A stretch of 64,000 bases of DNA from Pocillopora damicornis (lineage: Eukaryota), in the NCBI RefSeq assembly GCF_003704095.1, contig NW_020843470.1, positions 1 to 64,000 of the forward strand, given 5' to 3'. Position 1 is the stretch's first letter, and the number at the start of each line of letters is the position of its first letter. The notes below the pieces were generated by a model. It was not told the origin of the DNA, searched no databases, and was given only the letters and a program-made list of their open reading frames with translations. Both the position numbers and the translations under genes were made by a program. This document shows, piece by piece, positions 29,914 to 60,989 of the stretch.

Positions 29914-32900
29914 CTAAATCAGAAACCTTTCATCTACAAGTGTCTTTCTTGTCAGATTTTTCCTCCCTAATGTATTTCTGGCAATTGTTAAGCCTTTACT
30001 GAAAAGATAGGCCATTACCCCAGCAAAAACAAAATTCGGGTATATCAAATCCATGGCGGCGAACACCAACAAGTCGAAGAACATCAGTGTCCACTCATTG
30101 CCATAGAAAAGAATCGAGTTAAACGATCTGCCATCGTCGTTGTAAAAAATAGCCTTGTCTGGAGGAGGGACTTCTTTTAACTCCATGTTTAAGATCCTTT
30201 CAAAAAGGAGCTTGTCCCTTACCAGGTAATCAAGGTCCTTCAGTGAGTGATCGATGAAAGCAGAGAGAAAGCGGTTTAGCGTGTTGTAGGCTTGCAAGCG
30301 CTTCTCCACTGCCACAGGGAGGCGACTTGGGCGACCATCTTGACCTAAAGAAGAGACGAAAACATGTGTTAAAGCCAAACGAAAAAACCTATCACAGGTT
30401 CTGCTGATTCCAATATACCAAATCCTCCTTGTCGTCTTCGTTCTCAATTCCCTTTCATTTTAATCCTTATCCCAGGAGTAGCTCCTTCCAGTTAAAATTC
30501 TCTATCCCCGGGGCAGTCTCTGTCGTTTACTCTTTCTACCCATATTAGTTCCTATCCCAGGATCACTTCTTTGCATTTTCAATCCCCGTTCATTTAAGAC
30601 CTTATCCCAGGGGTAACTGTCACGAACTTTTGCTCCCCCCTTATTTACCTCCCTATCCCAGGGGTGATTAACAAGACGGCAAGTACTAACCCATGGGAGT
30701 ATTAGGCATGTTTCTCCTCTGCTGCTGAACATTTCCGTCACGAAGTGGTCGGATAATTTCTTCATACTGTTCACGGAACTTTGCTGGTACCTCCATTTCA
30801 AATGTCTGCCGCTCTGTGTTGGGTTCCAAGCCTCTTCTCCCGCACAAGTCATCTTCTTCTCTCTTCAGCTGTTCGTTCATCTGCCACATGTTTGTGTCTG
30901 CGCGGCCATGAACAGAGCGACCATGAATGTAGTAACCATACCGAGTATTCTGCAAGAAAAGATTGTAGCCTTAGGAGTTATGAACAGCATTTACAATTAA
31001 TCTTTCAAGGGTGTGATTCAAGGTTGAATTGTTCTGAAACAAAAAATTTTGAAGAACAATTCTTGTGAAAAATACATGCAGAAACCACTTTCATTCTTGG
31101 TAAAATGAAGCAAATCCTCAAATCCTGATCTTTCCCCTTAGCATTTTCTCAGGTTTGCCAGACCATCCTATCAATTATAAAGAATCTGTGCTGCTTTGTT
31201 GTTGGGGTGTAGTACAAGATAATCTGTTTTTTCAACTGAGTTGATAACGTACATTAGTCGCCGTAAAGAGTTTGTAGACCAAACATTTTGAGCCTTAGCC
31301 CTCTATCAGAACAAATAGCTGCTTTTTTTCTCTTTTTTTAAGGTGCCAATGCATCACAGATAGAATTTGGACCAAAAAAAACTTTTTACATACATTTTCC
31401 TAAGAAGTTTACCGATAAGCCTTCACTTCACGTGACTGACTCAGTTTGTTAGTCCAAACCTATCTTATGTGACTTGTTGACATTAAGCACAGGGTCCCCA
31501 CTGTTAAAACTACCTTGTTGTTAACCCTTTAACTCCCAAGATCTGACTGTACATTCTCCCCTCCAGCTGCTACACATTTCCTTGTAAATCAGTTACAAGA
31601 ATTTGGTGTTAGATCAAGATAACACCTCCCTGATACGTTTGATAATTCTCTACCTGTTTGCTGGATAATGTATGGAAATTATGTGGAGACGTTCCACATT
31701 AAACACACCTCTGAGAGTAAAAGGGTTAAGAGCAAAAAGAGGATGTGACAAAATGTTTTCCTTGATTCTACGCTAAATTCATGATCATGTTACTAATTGC
31801 ACAAACCTCTAAGACAAAGATGCTCACGTTACTCATTGAGCACAGGTCGATAAAGTCGCCAAGAGAATCTCCAAAGAATCGCTCATAGATGAATGCAAAG
31901 AAGAACCACTGGACAGCCTCCACAGCTAGGAACAACATTGACAAAACTGCAAATCGTAACACTTTGCTGAACTCTCCAACATATTCAGTTGTGTAGTCTG
32001 CCGAGAAGTTACTCTGTGGGTCTGTTGTTGCCAAATACTCAAATCCAAAAACCTTCAGGAAAAACAGCACGACGAAAATCTGTAACTCTGGGTTGATTTT
32101 GCGAATGGTTTGGATTTCATTCCACTCATTTGCGATGAATAGAGTTCTCCAAATGCTGACAGGGGCATCCAAGCCCCCTCCCTCACCTCCCTGAGTAGGT
32201 TGGTTAACTCTCCCCTGTGGTCGTTCCCAGTCGATAAAAAAAATTTCAAATGAGATTTGTGACCACAGCATATGAAGCACATCAATAATTTTGAACACAA
32301 TGACAACCACCACAACTTTGAGGAACAAACCCTCCTGACTTTGTGTGGGCAGAAGTTGAGACACTGTCTTTTGTCGTTTGAAAAAAATTAGAAATGACAT
32401 AGACAACCCAAAGGCAACCCAAAACAACATGGTGGAGAATGTACTGAAACAAAACAGGATAAACTTCAAGAAGGAGGCTGCATCAACTTCAATGCGGCCC
32501 TGTCGTCTCCTCCATGCTGAGACTTTGATGAAGGCCAAAATGACAGCTAGGGCAGACAGGCATCCAATAGCTATCTGTCAACAAAAGATCAAGAAAAAAA
32601 TTTCAGTGGAATATATACAGAAGGAGTATCATTATGTTCAAAATAGCATCAGTATGCATATTCTCCATCCTGTTTGTCATGCACTTCCTTAGGCACTGAG
32701 GTTGTTAAACAATCAAGAGCCTCCTTAATTGGTGATCATTCTCTTCATTCATGTGACCTTAATTTTTGATTCAGGGGTGATATTGTAGGAAGAAATTTGA
32801 TACTAGACACGGGTCATGGACACTCCCCTTCCCCCCCTTTGCTATCCTTAAAAGGACAGGGGGGAGGGAGGGGAGTGTCCTGATCCTTTTTCATGCCAAA

Positions 32901-34053
32901 ATTATAGAGATTAATTTAAGCATCAAGTTATTAATTTAAGGGTAAACTTCAAATCTCTCTTCTTGCATAAAAGATTTCAGAGAAATCTTGAGGTTTTCAC
33001 AGGTCACATATATTACAAGAGACAGATAATGCCTCACACTGGTAAATAAATTCACCACAAAGAATCTTCCCTTTCTGTAAAATTCACCAAATTCTTGTAA
33101 CTGATTTATAAGAAAATGTGTCATAGCTAGAGGGGAGAATTAACAATCAGATCATGGAACGTCACCTATAAACCCTTTTCCATTCTCCCTTAATTGGAGG
33201 AATCATTACATTAGTAACATACCTCAGTATCCTTCTTAATTTTTGTCAAATCCATTTCATAAGTGACTGCAAATGACATTTCTATGCTGCTTTTGGCTTT
33301 ATCTTTTACTGCTAATGGTTCATATCTTATTCTCAACATGGGGGGATATATTTCTCCATCAGACGATCGCAGCCTAATGTTCACCTCTATCTTTGAGGAA
33401 TAACGGATGAACTCTAGTTCTTTGGATTCAGGTCGAATCCCAATCTTATTATCGACAACAAAGAACCTCCTTGTCAGTTGCCATTTGGTTCTGTCACTGT
33501 TCTCATTCACTTTTTCATTGCCACTTACATAATTTTCCATGAGTACTGGCACAGGGTAAATCTTGTCACCAAGGACAATAAACATGTCATACAGAAACAT
33601 TGACATGTTTTTCAGATCATCAACTGGAACTGAACATGATGACTTGTAAGTTGTGGCAAATTTTGATGCTGAAGCCATTTTTGAGGGTCTCTCTTTGCAG
33701 ATCTGTATAGAATCTAAGCCGTTTTCATAACCAACAAAGAATCCATTCAGTGTGTAAACCACAAGGAGAAATTTAATATCTTCATTTCGTTCAAATGTTT
33801 TTGTTATCTCTTTTTTGTCTAGGATATCTGGAGCCTCACCAGCATTTTTTTTATTGTAGAAAAGCCAAGGCATATATGCAGGCCAATCGGAATTACCATT
33901 AACAGGGTTACCGACAGAAGTATCGACAAGTGTCTCGTATCGGTCGCAAACTTCACCAGTGTAATCGTGCAAAACACAGAGGTTTCCAAATAGCTGACAC
34001 GCTGTAAAGTTTGAGTATTTCTTACAAAGAGCTTCAGCAGCACGTAGATTTCT
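29914..34053 (-). CDS. TMEM67: meckelin (TMEM67/MKS3), 5' part lost in gap; exons >34053-33223, 32574-31807, 30949-30691, 30344-29914
   Basis: Motifs ACQLFGNLCVL, WQLTRRFFVVD, DIFFIDWERP-like (EIFFIDWERP), VSIWRTLFIANEWNEIQ, FIDLCSMSNVS, GYYIHGRSVHG and C-terminal KTLVDERFLI*. Exon phases are compatible. Confidence 0.95.
31521..31729. mobile_element. piggyBac-type MITE copy (TMEM67 intron)
   Basis: TTAACCCTTTAACTCCC ... GAGAGTAAAAGGGTTAA; internal gaatttggtgttagatcaag is shared with copies at about 27350-27560 and 48951-49161. Confidence 0.75.
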
Positions 34054-34612
34054 NNNNNNNNNNNNNNNNNNNNNNNNNNNNNNNNNNNNNNNNNNNNNNN
34101 NNNNNNNNNNNNNNNNNNNNNNNNNNNNNNNNNNNNNNNNNNNNNNNNNNNNNGGTTCTAATGTTCTTGTTAAACCTTCCTTTGTAAGCCTTCTTTAAGC
34201 AAACAACCTAGAATATTCTGGTTGTGAAAACTAGTGAATACCCTCTGTTTGACACAGAGTGACCCCCTTTTGAAAAACTCCTGGCTATGTCCCTGATAAG
34301 CCATGGTGACTGAGAATTGTATATGTTAAATATATGTTAATTGGTGTGTGTGTAGACTTCATGATAATGATTCCAATCTGCTTAAGAAGAGGTATTTTTA
34401 TTAACTCTTCTCCCAGAATTGATTAACATGTAACTTCTCCCTTTGATATACACGCATTATTCACAAAATGGGTAATGAGAATACTCAAAATTATCACATA
34501 AAAGTTATTAATGCAATCTAATGCCAAATTTTGTTGCTAATTTATAAGAAATGTGTAACAGCTTAAGAGAGGAGAATTAACAATCAGTTCTTGAGAGATA
34601 AAGGATTAAAGC

Positions 34613-34860
34613 AGGTAATTTAGTGTTAACAACTGAGTTGAAAATGTAAATTAGCCACGGTAAAGGGTAAAAAAACTGACGTTTCAAGCGTCAGCCCTTC
34701 ATCAGGGCAATTGACAAAGGGCTAACGCTCAAAACGTCAGTTTTTTTAGCCTTTACGGTGGCTAATTTACGTTTTCAACTCAGTTGTTAAAACTAAATTA
34801 GTTGCCATACTCTCCCACCGATGCAGCACTACAGTTTCTTTAGAAACTTACCCCTTTATT
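34613..34860. mobile_element. Penelope-like retroelement terminal remnant in inverted (palindromic) arrangement, with hammerhead motifs
   Basis: Inverted arms span 34616-34800. Minus-strand CTGATGA-AGGGCTGACGCTT-GAAACGTC lies at 34678-34705. Flanked by taaaggattaaagc (34599-34612) and taaagggttaaagc (34861-34874). Confidence 0.65.
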
Positions 34861-35013
34861 TAAAGGGTTAAAGCCTACGCACATGAGGCAGTGAACTGTA
34901 AAGGAAAAAGCACAACATTTAAGAATCCCTGTTGTATGTTGTGTTGAGGTCTAAGCAAGAATTAAATCTAATTTCATTTTGTGACTAAACATATTATCTA
35001 CCTCTGTTTACAG

Positions 35014-52699
<17,686 letters not shown>

Positions 52700-55600
52700 C
52701 AAAAGGAATGAAAACGAACTTTGCACTTATATTTGAACTGATTGCGGTTATAAAGTTGTATATACAATTAAGAGCAATGTAATTAGTCTCAAGACTGTTC
52801 TTATCGACAATTCATCCCCAAAAACATTCCTTGAAAAATCCTTAATAGGCCCATGTCACAATGTGAAATTATTAGCAAAGTTAGCTCTTACACCAAAGTC
52901 CAAATTCCAGATACCTATATAAAAATCTGCTTTCTTACATAATGGGGAGCCTTGATCGTCAGAATAAAAAAAATGCATATGTTCAGAAAGAACGTGATTG
53001 ATTATCATCGTTTTGTGTGATTCTGGCGTAGTATGTAACTCTTTACACCCTCACATCAGTATGCATTTTCTCCATACTGTTCTGCATACCTTTCCTGAGG
53101 TGCTGATGAGGAGAATTTGTCTAACAATCAAGAGCATCTTTCGTTGGTGATCATTTCTTTTATTCTTGTGACCTTCGTGTTTGATTCAGAGGTGATATTG
53201 TAAGGAGAAGTTAGATGCTCGTCACTCTTGGGGGCAAAAAGGTTCCTCCCCTTCAATCGAAGATCTATTTAATTTAGGCTTTCGTCTTGAAATACAATCC
53301 CCTTTTTGCACGACTGCTCGCTCTGACATGTCAAGAATGATTATAACATTGACTTCTATTGAACCCAAATGACATTGATTGTCGATGATTTATTACAAAA
53401 CGAAGATAGACGACCCCATTATCTGAGCGGAGCCTGGGTGAAAAGAAACAATGCTGTGGCCAAGTTCACTTGAAAACAAGCTGACATTTGTTAGTAAAGC
53501 TGCAGATAATTATTTTTGTGTGTTTATATATTTTTATACAACTACAAACCGATACAAGTTAACGAAAATTTCAACATGTTTTTTTAAGTTGTTTATCAAA
53601 ACAAATAATTGATGTTAGCAAAGTTTTTCATCCAATAAGTTGATAATTATCAGCTCTAACCGAGACTGTTAATTAATAAAAGCGTCTGCATAGGAATAGC
53701 TCTTGTTGCATACGTGTGGACGTGATGAACGCGTAAATTTTCAAGCGCCGAAATCGCATGCTTTCCACATTTTCTAAAGTTTTTTTTTTTGACAGAACCT
53801 GATTTTCCAGTGTTTGGCCGTTGCGTGAAAGATCCGAAAAAAAAACGGAAACCAGCGACGGCAGAATTTCGATGCGGGTTGTTAAACGCGGTTGGCGCTC
53901 AAATTCAGCACGTGTATATTTCAACTACTTTATTGAGAGAGACATTGATCCCACGTGGAGATAATTACAACAGTAATTTGCAGACATCAAAGTCCTTGCT
54001 ATGGAACCCTTAATGTAGAATAACGCCTTGATTTCTCACGCGTGTGGATGATATTGTACATCCGAACTTACACTGTGCCTTCCCACCCTTCTGGGAGCCT
54101 TGATATGTTGTTTTATTTCCCTAGGCGCCAGCTAATCTATTGATAAGTGACAGGTATTTTGTTTTGTTCGTACCATCTTCAAATTGACGTGTTAAAGGGT
54201 TGGCTTGAAACAAGTGAAAATTTGCATTCGCTTGGAGGTGTGGGTTACTTTTCATTTGTTCCTATTAGTGAATAATTATTGCCCAAAAATTTTCAGCGCT
54301 GTTTTGAGCGATGTCAATTAAAAAAGGCATAAAATAGATGAGGAAAATTCAGTTGATTATGAAATTTTAGTTTGTGGAAAAGATGCATGTTAAAATGAAG
54401 GTTGTGTTTTCTACTTTGATGTTGAGCTCTTAAAAAGAAATTTAGCCGGCGTTGCACAGTTCTAAGATATTCTATACAGTCGCGTGAAATCCAGATTGAT
54501 TTTGTTTTGAATGTCAGTTTTAAAAATAATAGTAAGGTTTTACAGTTGGCTTCCTTCAATTTTTTTTAATGTTCATTGAATTGACAACAACATGCGGAAA
54601 TTCTGTTTTAAACCAAAATGCTGCAGTGTCACTTTCTTAATGAACTATAAAACTGTGTTTGGATTTCAGTTTTCAACCTGAAATAATTTTGTTGCTGTTG
54701 AAATTCACACCAGACAATCAAATCACAGCAGAAACTTGAATTAACTCATAGGATCTGTTTTATTCCGTGCTATTAATGCAAAGTTGCTAAGGAACAGAGT
54801 AAAGAATGAAGTTTCGTTAAATAAGCGGACATTGTTTTGTGTATCCCATTACTTCACCACGTGGTTTTAATTCGTGGACGCACGAAAAGTAAACTAATTT
54901 TCAAAAATTGTAGAGGTTAGTTCTGTTTCACTTTATCTTTAAAACTTGTTCGTAAAGATTGCACTCCTGTATTTTGCAACCTGTCTTTATTTATGCATTT
55001 AGTTTTCGGAGCAGCATCTTGAATCAAACTGTGATCGCAGGTCCTATATTGTTTAAGATACTGGTGATTAATTCATAGCCGACCCTAAAAACAACTCTTG
55101 GTTTGAATTGTTATTCTTGAAAACTTCCGCTTATTTCGAAATGTGCAATTTGGCATAAAAATTTATCATGATTTCTGTTGATGTATCAGCCGCCTTTTTG
55201 GCCATTGAGCCATATTTCGTGTTACTTGAACGTAACAATTCATAATCCTACACGTGGTCCAGAGACAAAGGGCGGTTAATTTAAGCAGTTTTAAAATTTA
55301 GGTGCTTTGATAAGTCTTTTCAATTGTCGCTTGCAACGAACCGCTTACAAAAAAATTTATGTTTTCATGATTTCCCCGCGAATTTAGTGAATAGGTACCT
55401 TCGATAAAGCCGTGGAGTTTACATGGGGGAATCTTGTGGTATTGTACACGAATTAACCAACAAACCAAGTCTACTTATGTTACAACACAATTACCGGTCA
55501 GTTCTGTTTGTTTTGGTCGGTGGGATTCGGTGTGGCAACTGTTTGCGAGACTTATCGCGCGCAAAAACGAGATAGGGGAAGAAACAGGTTGAACTGTCTG

Positions 55601-55931
55601 TTTCTTGTGCGTGGCTAGAAGGACATTAAAAAAAGCACGGATGCGTTTAAAAACTAACACGAAATCCACTACAGCTTGTTTAAAGACAATTTTTCATAAT
55701 TGAATCTATTTCAGTAATATATTGACTCGGCTACAGCTGTACAGAATAATAAAGATACTTTCATTAATACAAGCTGTTGCATTTTACTTAGAGTCAACGG
55801 CAGTAGTATAAAAGAATTTAAAAATTCCATCCAACTTTTGAGTCTTTTTATTTTCATAGAAAAAGAGATAAAAACTTACGCGGTATCTACAAATTTGATT
55901 TTTACACAGATATAAAGTTATATAATTTTCA

Positions 55932-56599
55932 TTAATCGTGAGCAAAGTCTTGGAATCCTTTCAGGTATACGTCCAGCTCTGAGCTTTTAATACCATAGTG
56001 ATCTCCCATCTGCGAAACGACAATAAGAGGAAATTAGACCTCGCATTTCATCTCAATGGAATGTGCTAAATCGAGAAGTTCTTGTGACAAAGTACGATTT
56101 GACTTAACTAATGAACTCCAAGCGGGAAAAATCATTTTTTCGGATTGTAACTGCGTAGTGAGTTTACCTGAAATTGATCCAGAGTTTTTGGGACGACAAT
56201 GGTAACCGCTTGGTCGTGCATTAGAACGCTAGGAGTTCCGCTTCGATTTGGTGTGATGGATGCTGCAACTTCCACTTGTGGAAGCTGCCCCGCTAACATC
56301 GCTGCAGACTGAGATCCTTTCAAATAACAACTTAACATGGCTATGTAGTCGATAGCCATACGTAGTACTTCAATTTTGGAAAGTTTCTGTGGGTTTTGAT
56401 CAACACACGGGACCTTCTTCCGTAAAAGTTCCAAAGCGTTGTTCAAAACATGTCGCCGTTTTCGTTCTCTGGCGCTTGCTTTCAACCGTCTACTACGATC
56501 CAGCTGTGCCCATTTCCGATATCTTGAATTATCTGCCGCATTCACTTCCTTACTTGAGGAAACAAGCTGGTCGCTTGCGTTATTTTCTTCTTTTGTCAT
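55932..56599 (-). CDS. Atonal-superfamily (group A) bHLH transcription factor; exons 56599-56168 and 56009-55932
   Basis: RRLKASARERKRRHVLNNALELLRKKVP...KLSKIEVLRMAIDYIAMLS. Donor CAG|GTAAAC and acceptor TTTCGCAG give a second exon MGDHYGIKSSELDVYLKGFQDFAHD*. The second exon is less certain than the domain call. Confidence 0.9.
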
Positions 56600-58113
56600 A
56601 CTTTTTTGCTGCACAAATGCTCCGCTTCACAGATGCTTTCTTTTCTTCCCGGTTCTAGTGGCTGGACCCTTCTCCTCTCACTGGCTCCTTGCCTATTGTT
56701 GCCTGTAACTCATCTTTCTTAGACTTTTCTTTGCAGCACGCGTGTATGAGACGTCTTTTACATAACAATACGTGCACACGCTTGCCGCCATGCGCGTGCT
56801 CCGCCACAAAGCTTTTGTTGCGGTGTCAATCACCCGAAATTGATGTATATTCTGACACTGAATAGGTTCAGTGGATTTATATCTCGCAATTACATCCATT
56901 TGAAGCTTTGATATGATTTTAAGCAAGCGAGCAGAAGTACTGGAATAAACAACACACAATTGAAGAAACGCTTTGTTAAAATTACATTCGCTGTGAATGA
57001 TTCGCTACTTTTTGTCAGTAGTTAATGTAAACTGGCACGAATTCGAGTCATTTGATAACTTAATTTAGTTTAACCGTTTAGTGGAAACAAAAGATGAGCC
57101 GAAACAGTATCTTTTTCCCTGAGTGTGGCCTAAGATTTTCCTGACTCTCGTTATTTCCCTCGAAGTTTATCAACGCTATCAAGAGAGGGCCTTTGAAATA
57201 AACCTGTTAAGTGGAGTCCTGAATTTGTTTGAAACTTTTGCCATGTCATTGATTGATCAGAATACTGCCTTTATTTTCAACTATTTGGGCCTGTTTTGCT
57301 ACTAAAACAATCGCTGTTTAGTAGTTCTTAAACAGGTCTTAATTAGAAAAATGTAAATGGAATCGATTTAAAGTTGCCTTAAATCACATTAGTTCCTCGC
57401 GATATTTAGTAAGAGAAGTTGTATTGAAAGTGTTAGAGAACTATTAATCCTTTGCGGAAGTTAAAAATATGTAGGGAAGTCTTAGCACGAGGTGCCCGGA
57501 AGAATTAGCAACTCTCAGCTTTATATTCTGTAAAATTTCTTTGTTCGAATACGCTTTGTGCGGGCTTCTCAAAATTAACAGCTAGTAAACCCCACGTGTT
57601 TCAATGACAAGCTAGCCATGATCTGGGTTAATCAACTGATAACACTGTTTACTTAAAAAATCGGCATTTTTGTGATATTGATATTAATTCGCCTTATACT
57701 TTTATCGCGTTTTGACTGAACACGCCATGAAGATCAATAAATTACTGATTAACTATTGTTAATTGTCAGCATTTCAATTTTCTGTTCAAAGTTTAGTGCG
57801 TTTAACGCGTATGTGATGTGCATTCGAAAAACTCAGAAATAAATGAAGAACATTATCGTGTGGATGATGTGGTCTTGATTTAAGGCCAAATATTCAAGAG
57901 TCGCCTTTAAAGTTTAAAGTTGAGTTCCTGTTGACTTCCCACATGTTGGGAAGACAATTCGCGCAAAAGCTCTGCTCAGACTGTTTCTCGACCTTTAAAG
58001 TTTTTCTTAGATTTATAATTGCGAGGTTAGCTTTCCTTTGACTTGAGTGAATCGCTTTATTCCAAGACAAAGTGTACCATTGTCTGTTCCAGAAGTACTC
58101 CGGCACAGAGCTA

Positions 58114-58605
58114 TGATAAATAATGGTAATTGAACCTCGTGTCGGGCAATTTTGTTCTGAAATCATACTTGTGATTTCAAATCACGCGTATGATTTCAGC
58201 CCAAATTGCACTCCACTCAGTTCAATTACCACTTTATTACATCCATTTTGAGATCGCCCAACTACAGGACTTAGTTAGTTCAAATATTTCATTGATGCAG
58301 TACTAAGCCGGTCTGAAATTAAATTCATGTCCCATTTTTAGGGGGGAAAAAGTAAGAGTTTTGGAAACAAAAGTTGCAAAATTTGCCACATGATACTCTT
58401 TGTCTTTCATTTTCTTGCAATTTGATTGGTTACTTTAAACAAGCCTTAAAATCTGATTGGTTGTTTTTTTTTTAGTGTAGTCTCATGGGCTGGGAAAAAG
58501 ATGCGATTTAAAGCAAAAAATGGTGCGATTCGTGAATAAATCTCATCAATTAGAGCCAATCAGATTACAGGGACCACCAGTGATTTCAAAATGGGTGTAA
58601 TAAAT
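58114..58605. repeat. composite inverted-repeat element
   Basis: Hairpin tggtaattgaac...ctgaaatcatac / gtatgatttcag...gttcaattacca (about 58120-58232), then tattacatccatttt ... aaaatgggtgtaata inverted ends (about 58234-58603). Confidence 0.6.
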
Positions 58606-60989
58606 AGTACAATTGCTTCCCGCGAACCTAAATCATCAGACCATTTGGTTTTGATTTTCGCGCTTTTTTGGTTTTTCAGTCTGGTTTTCGTGTCATCGTG
58701 GAACTTTTACCTTGAGAAATTTTATTTTGCCTCGATATGATGGTGTTTCAGTGGAAACATCTTTTGCGAGCTCAAAACAGATTTCTCACAACTAATGTCC
58801 GACAAAAAGGGGGCTTCAGTAAGTTGCCTATACGAATTAGCCTGCACAACAAAAAATAGAAACGTATCTTTGTTTCATTTCTGAGGCTGCTATTCTTTCT
58901 TTTTTCTGCTGACTGAAGGTTGAAAAAATTTGCTTTCATGTAACATTCTTGAATTAGGCACTGAGTTTTTGACTTTGAAATAAGACTGATGTTCTGATAA
59001 ATATGCCTCTTAATTAGGGCTCTATTATGACTGTGTCGATATTTTTTGCGTGAGTTTTATCGTATTGCCGTATAACTTTGTCAAACTTTGCAGGGGTTGA
59101 ATGAATTTCAGTTGTGACTTTCATCATATTTTGATTTCCACTGATCAACATGCACACACAAAATTATGTTTCTTTACAAGCTATGATCTTGTATTTTTTC
59201 GTAATATTTTTCTTAAACTCCGCTATTTGCAGTCATAATAATCCTGATCAAAAGATTTTCGTTTAAAAAAGTATGTATTCTTCCTACCGGCCATGTTCAG
59301 GAGAACTACGTTTTCTATCCCACGTTGCCAATTTATTTTGCCCGTTTCAAATTTGCGACAGCAACGACAGTGGAACACAGCTAGAGCTTTGGTTGTTTTC
59401 ACCCTGGAAACGTTTGAAAAGATTTATGTTCACGTTTGAAGTCGAAGGAAATGTTCAGTCCCCACTGTAGCGATCACCGGCGGCCCAACGGTTAAATGAA
59501 GCATATTTGGGCATGTACCTCCAAAATGTGTAAATAACAGTGACCTTCGTTTGTTCGAAAATTTCCTTTTTAAGATGTTTTCCGTCCACATTAGAATTTA
59601 AAGTTAGCTTTTTCAAATGTATCCTCTTTGAAGGGTGTTTTTGTTAGTGTTTTCGAAAAGCTTCAGTTTTGGCTGACAAGATATCCAAGTTAGAATGAAG
59701 TTAGGGCTTAACTGTAGAAACGATGTTGTGTTTTCGAGGCTATCATGCGTATATTAGCGGCCGGTTTAGACTTCTGCAGGATTCTTGGTCATAAATCCTG
59801 CTATTATCATTAGGATGAGTAATCTCGCCGGAGGCGGCGTGTGTAAGTGGAAAGGGACAATGAAATATTGCCTTTTTTTATTCCATGTAGCCGCCAATCC
59901 ATCAACCACCTCCAAAGTTTTTATTTAAGCTAGCACGAAAAAACTTCATATTTTGATTTCGCTAAGAAATGATTTGATTGTTACATGACTCCAAGAAATT
60001 CCTCGATTGTTACATAACGTTTTTGTCAGCCAAGATATATTTCTATTTTCCGCATTACAAAGAACCCAGCTGTCATTCAAGTCGGATATAATTGCCCAAC
60101 AGAATAACTGACGTACTTGTCGCACCAGAAAACATGACAACCTTTTGATCAGTTACCTTGGTAACATGGTTCAACAATCTATTTCTATGCCTAACTGTGT
60201 GCCTGTTGACGTTGGTCTTTTTCTCCGAAGGTCATGTCAACAACCTCTTTGTTTTTTAAGTGCATTACAGGCTCATTCCATGACATGTTATTAAGTTTAC
60301 CAAAGAAATTTCTGATCAATTCATGGCAATTTCTGTCATTATTTGCATCAGGTGTCATATGTCTTATTATGACATTCCGTGACGATCACATTTCAACATT
60401 TGCCATTCAATGCAATGTTAAAAACATTGATTTATACTTGCCATGGTTACCAGCCGTTGAAGCCGGTTATTCGTCACTTTATATTATTTTTGCTGATCAA
60501 AGACCCCTTTAAAAAAAAAACAGAAAAACATTCTGTCTCTGTGACCTCACCCTGTATGGAAAAAAAATACTCTCCCCTTGATTTCCGGACTTTGGTCTGT
60601 TACACTATCGTTTGAGGTTGCTGAAATTCTTCGCAAACTATAATACAGCTACGCCTTCAAACTCCCCGCCCTCCCTTCTCTGGCAAGCTGCCCCCACACA
60701 AACGCGATTAGGATACCAGATCTTGGAAAGGGGAGAAGTTTTGTTTGTTGGAAATCATTGTGTTGTCGTGAAAAGGTTTGGTAACCAAGATAACAATACA
60801 AACATGTTGTGTTTCCCTTGGCAAAGAGAAAACACGGTAACCAAAACAAGGTATGTTCTTACGTTCTTATGTGTCAGCCACTCAATAAATACTACCCAAT
60901 TATTTGCCAACCGAAGATCAATCTTACTCAGGTCCTCAGAATCAAGGAATTTTTTAGTGCAATAAGTCGACAGTCGAAGAAAGACTAGA

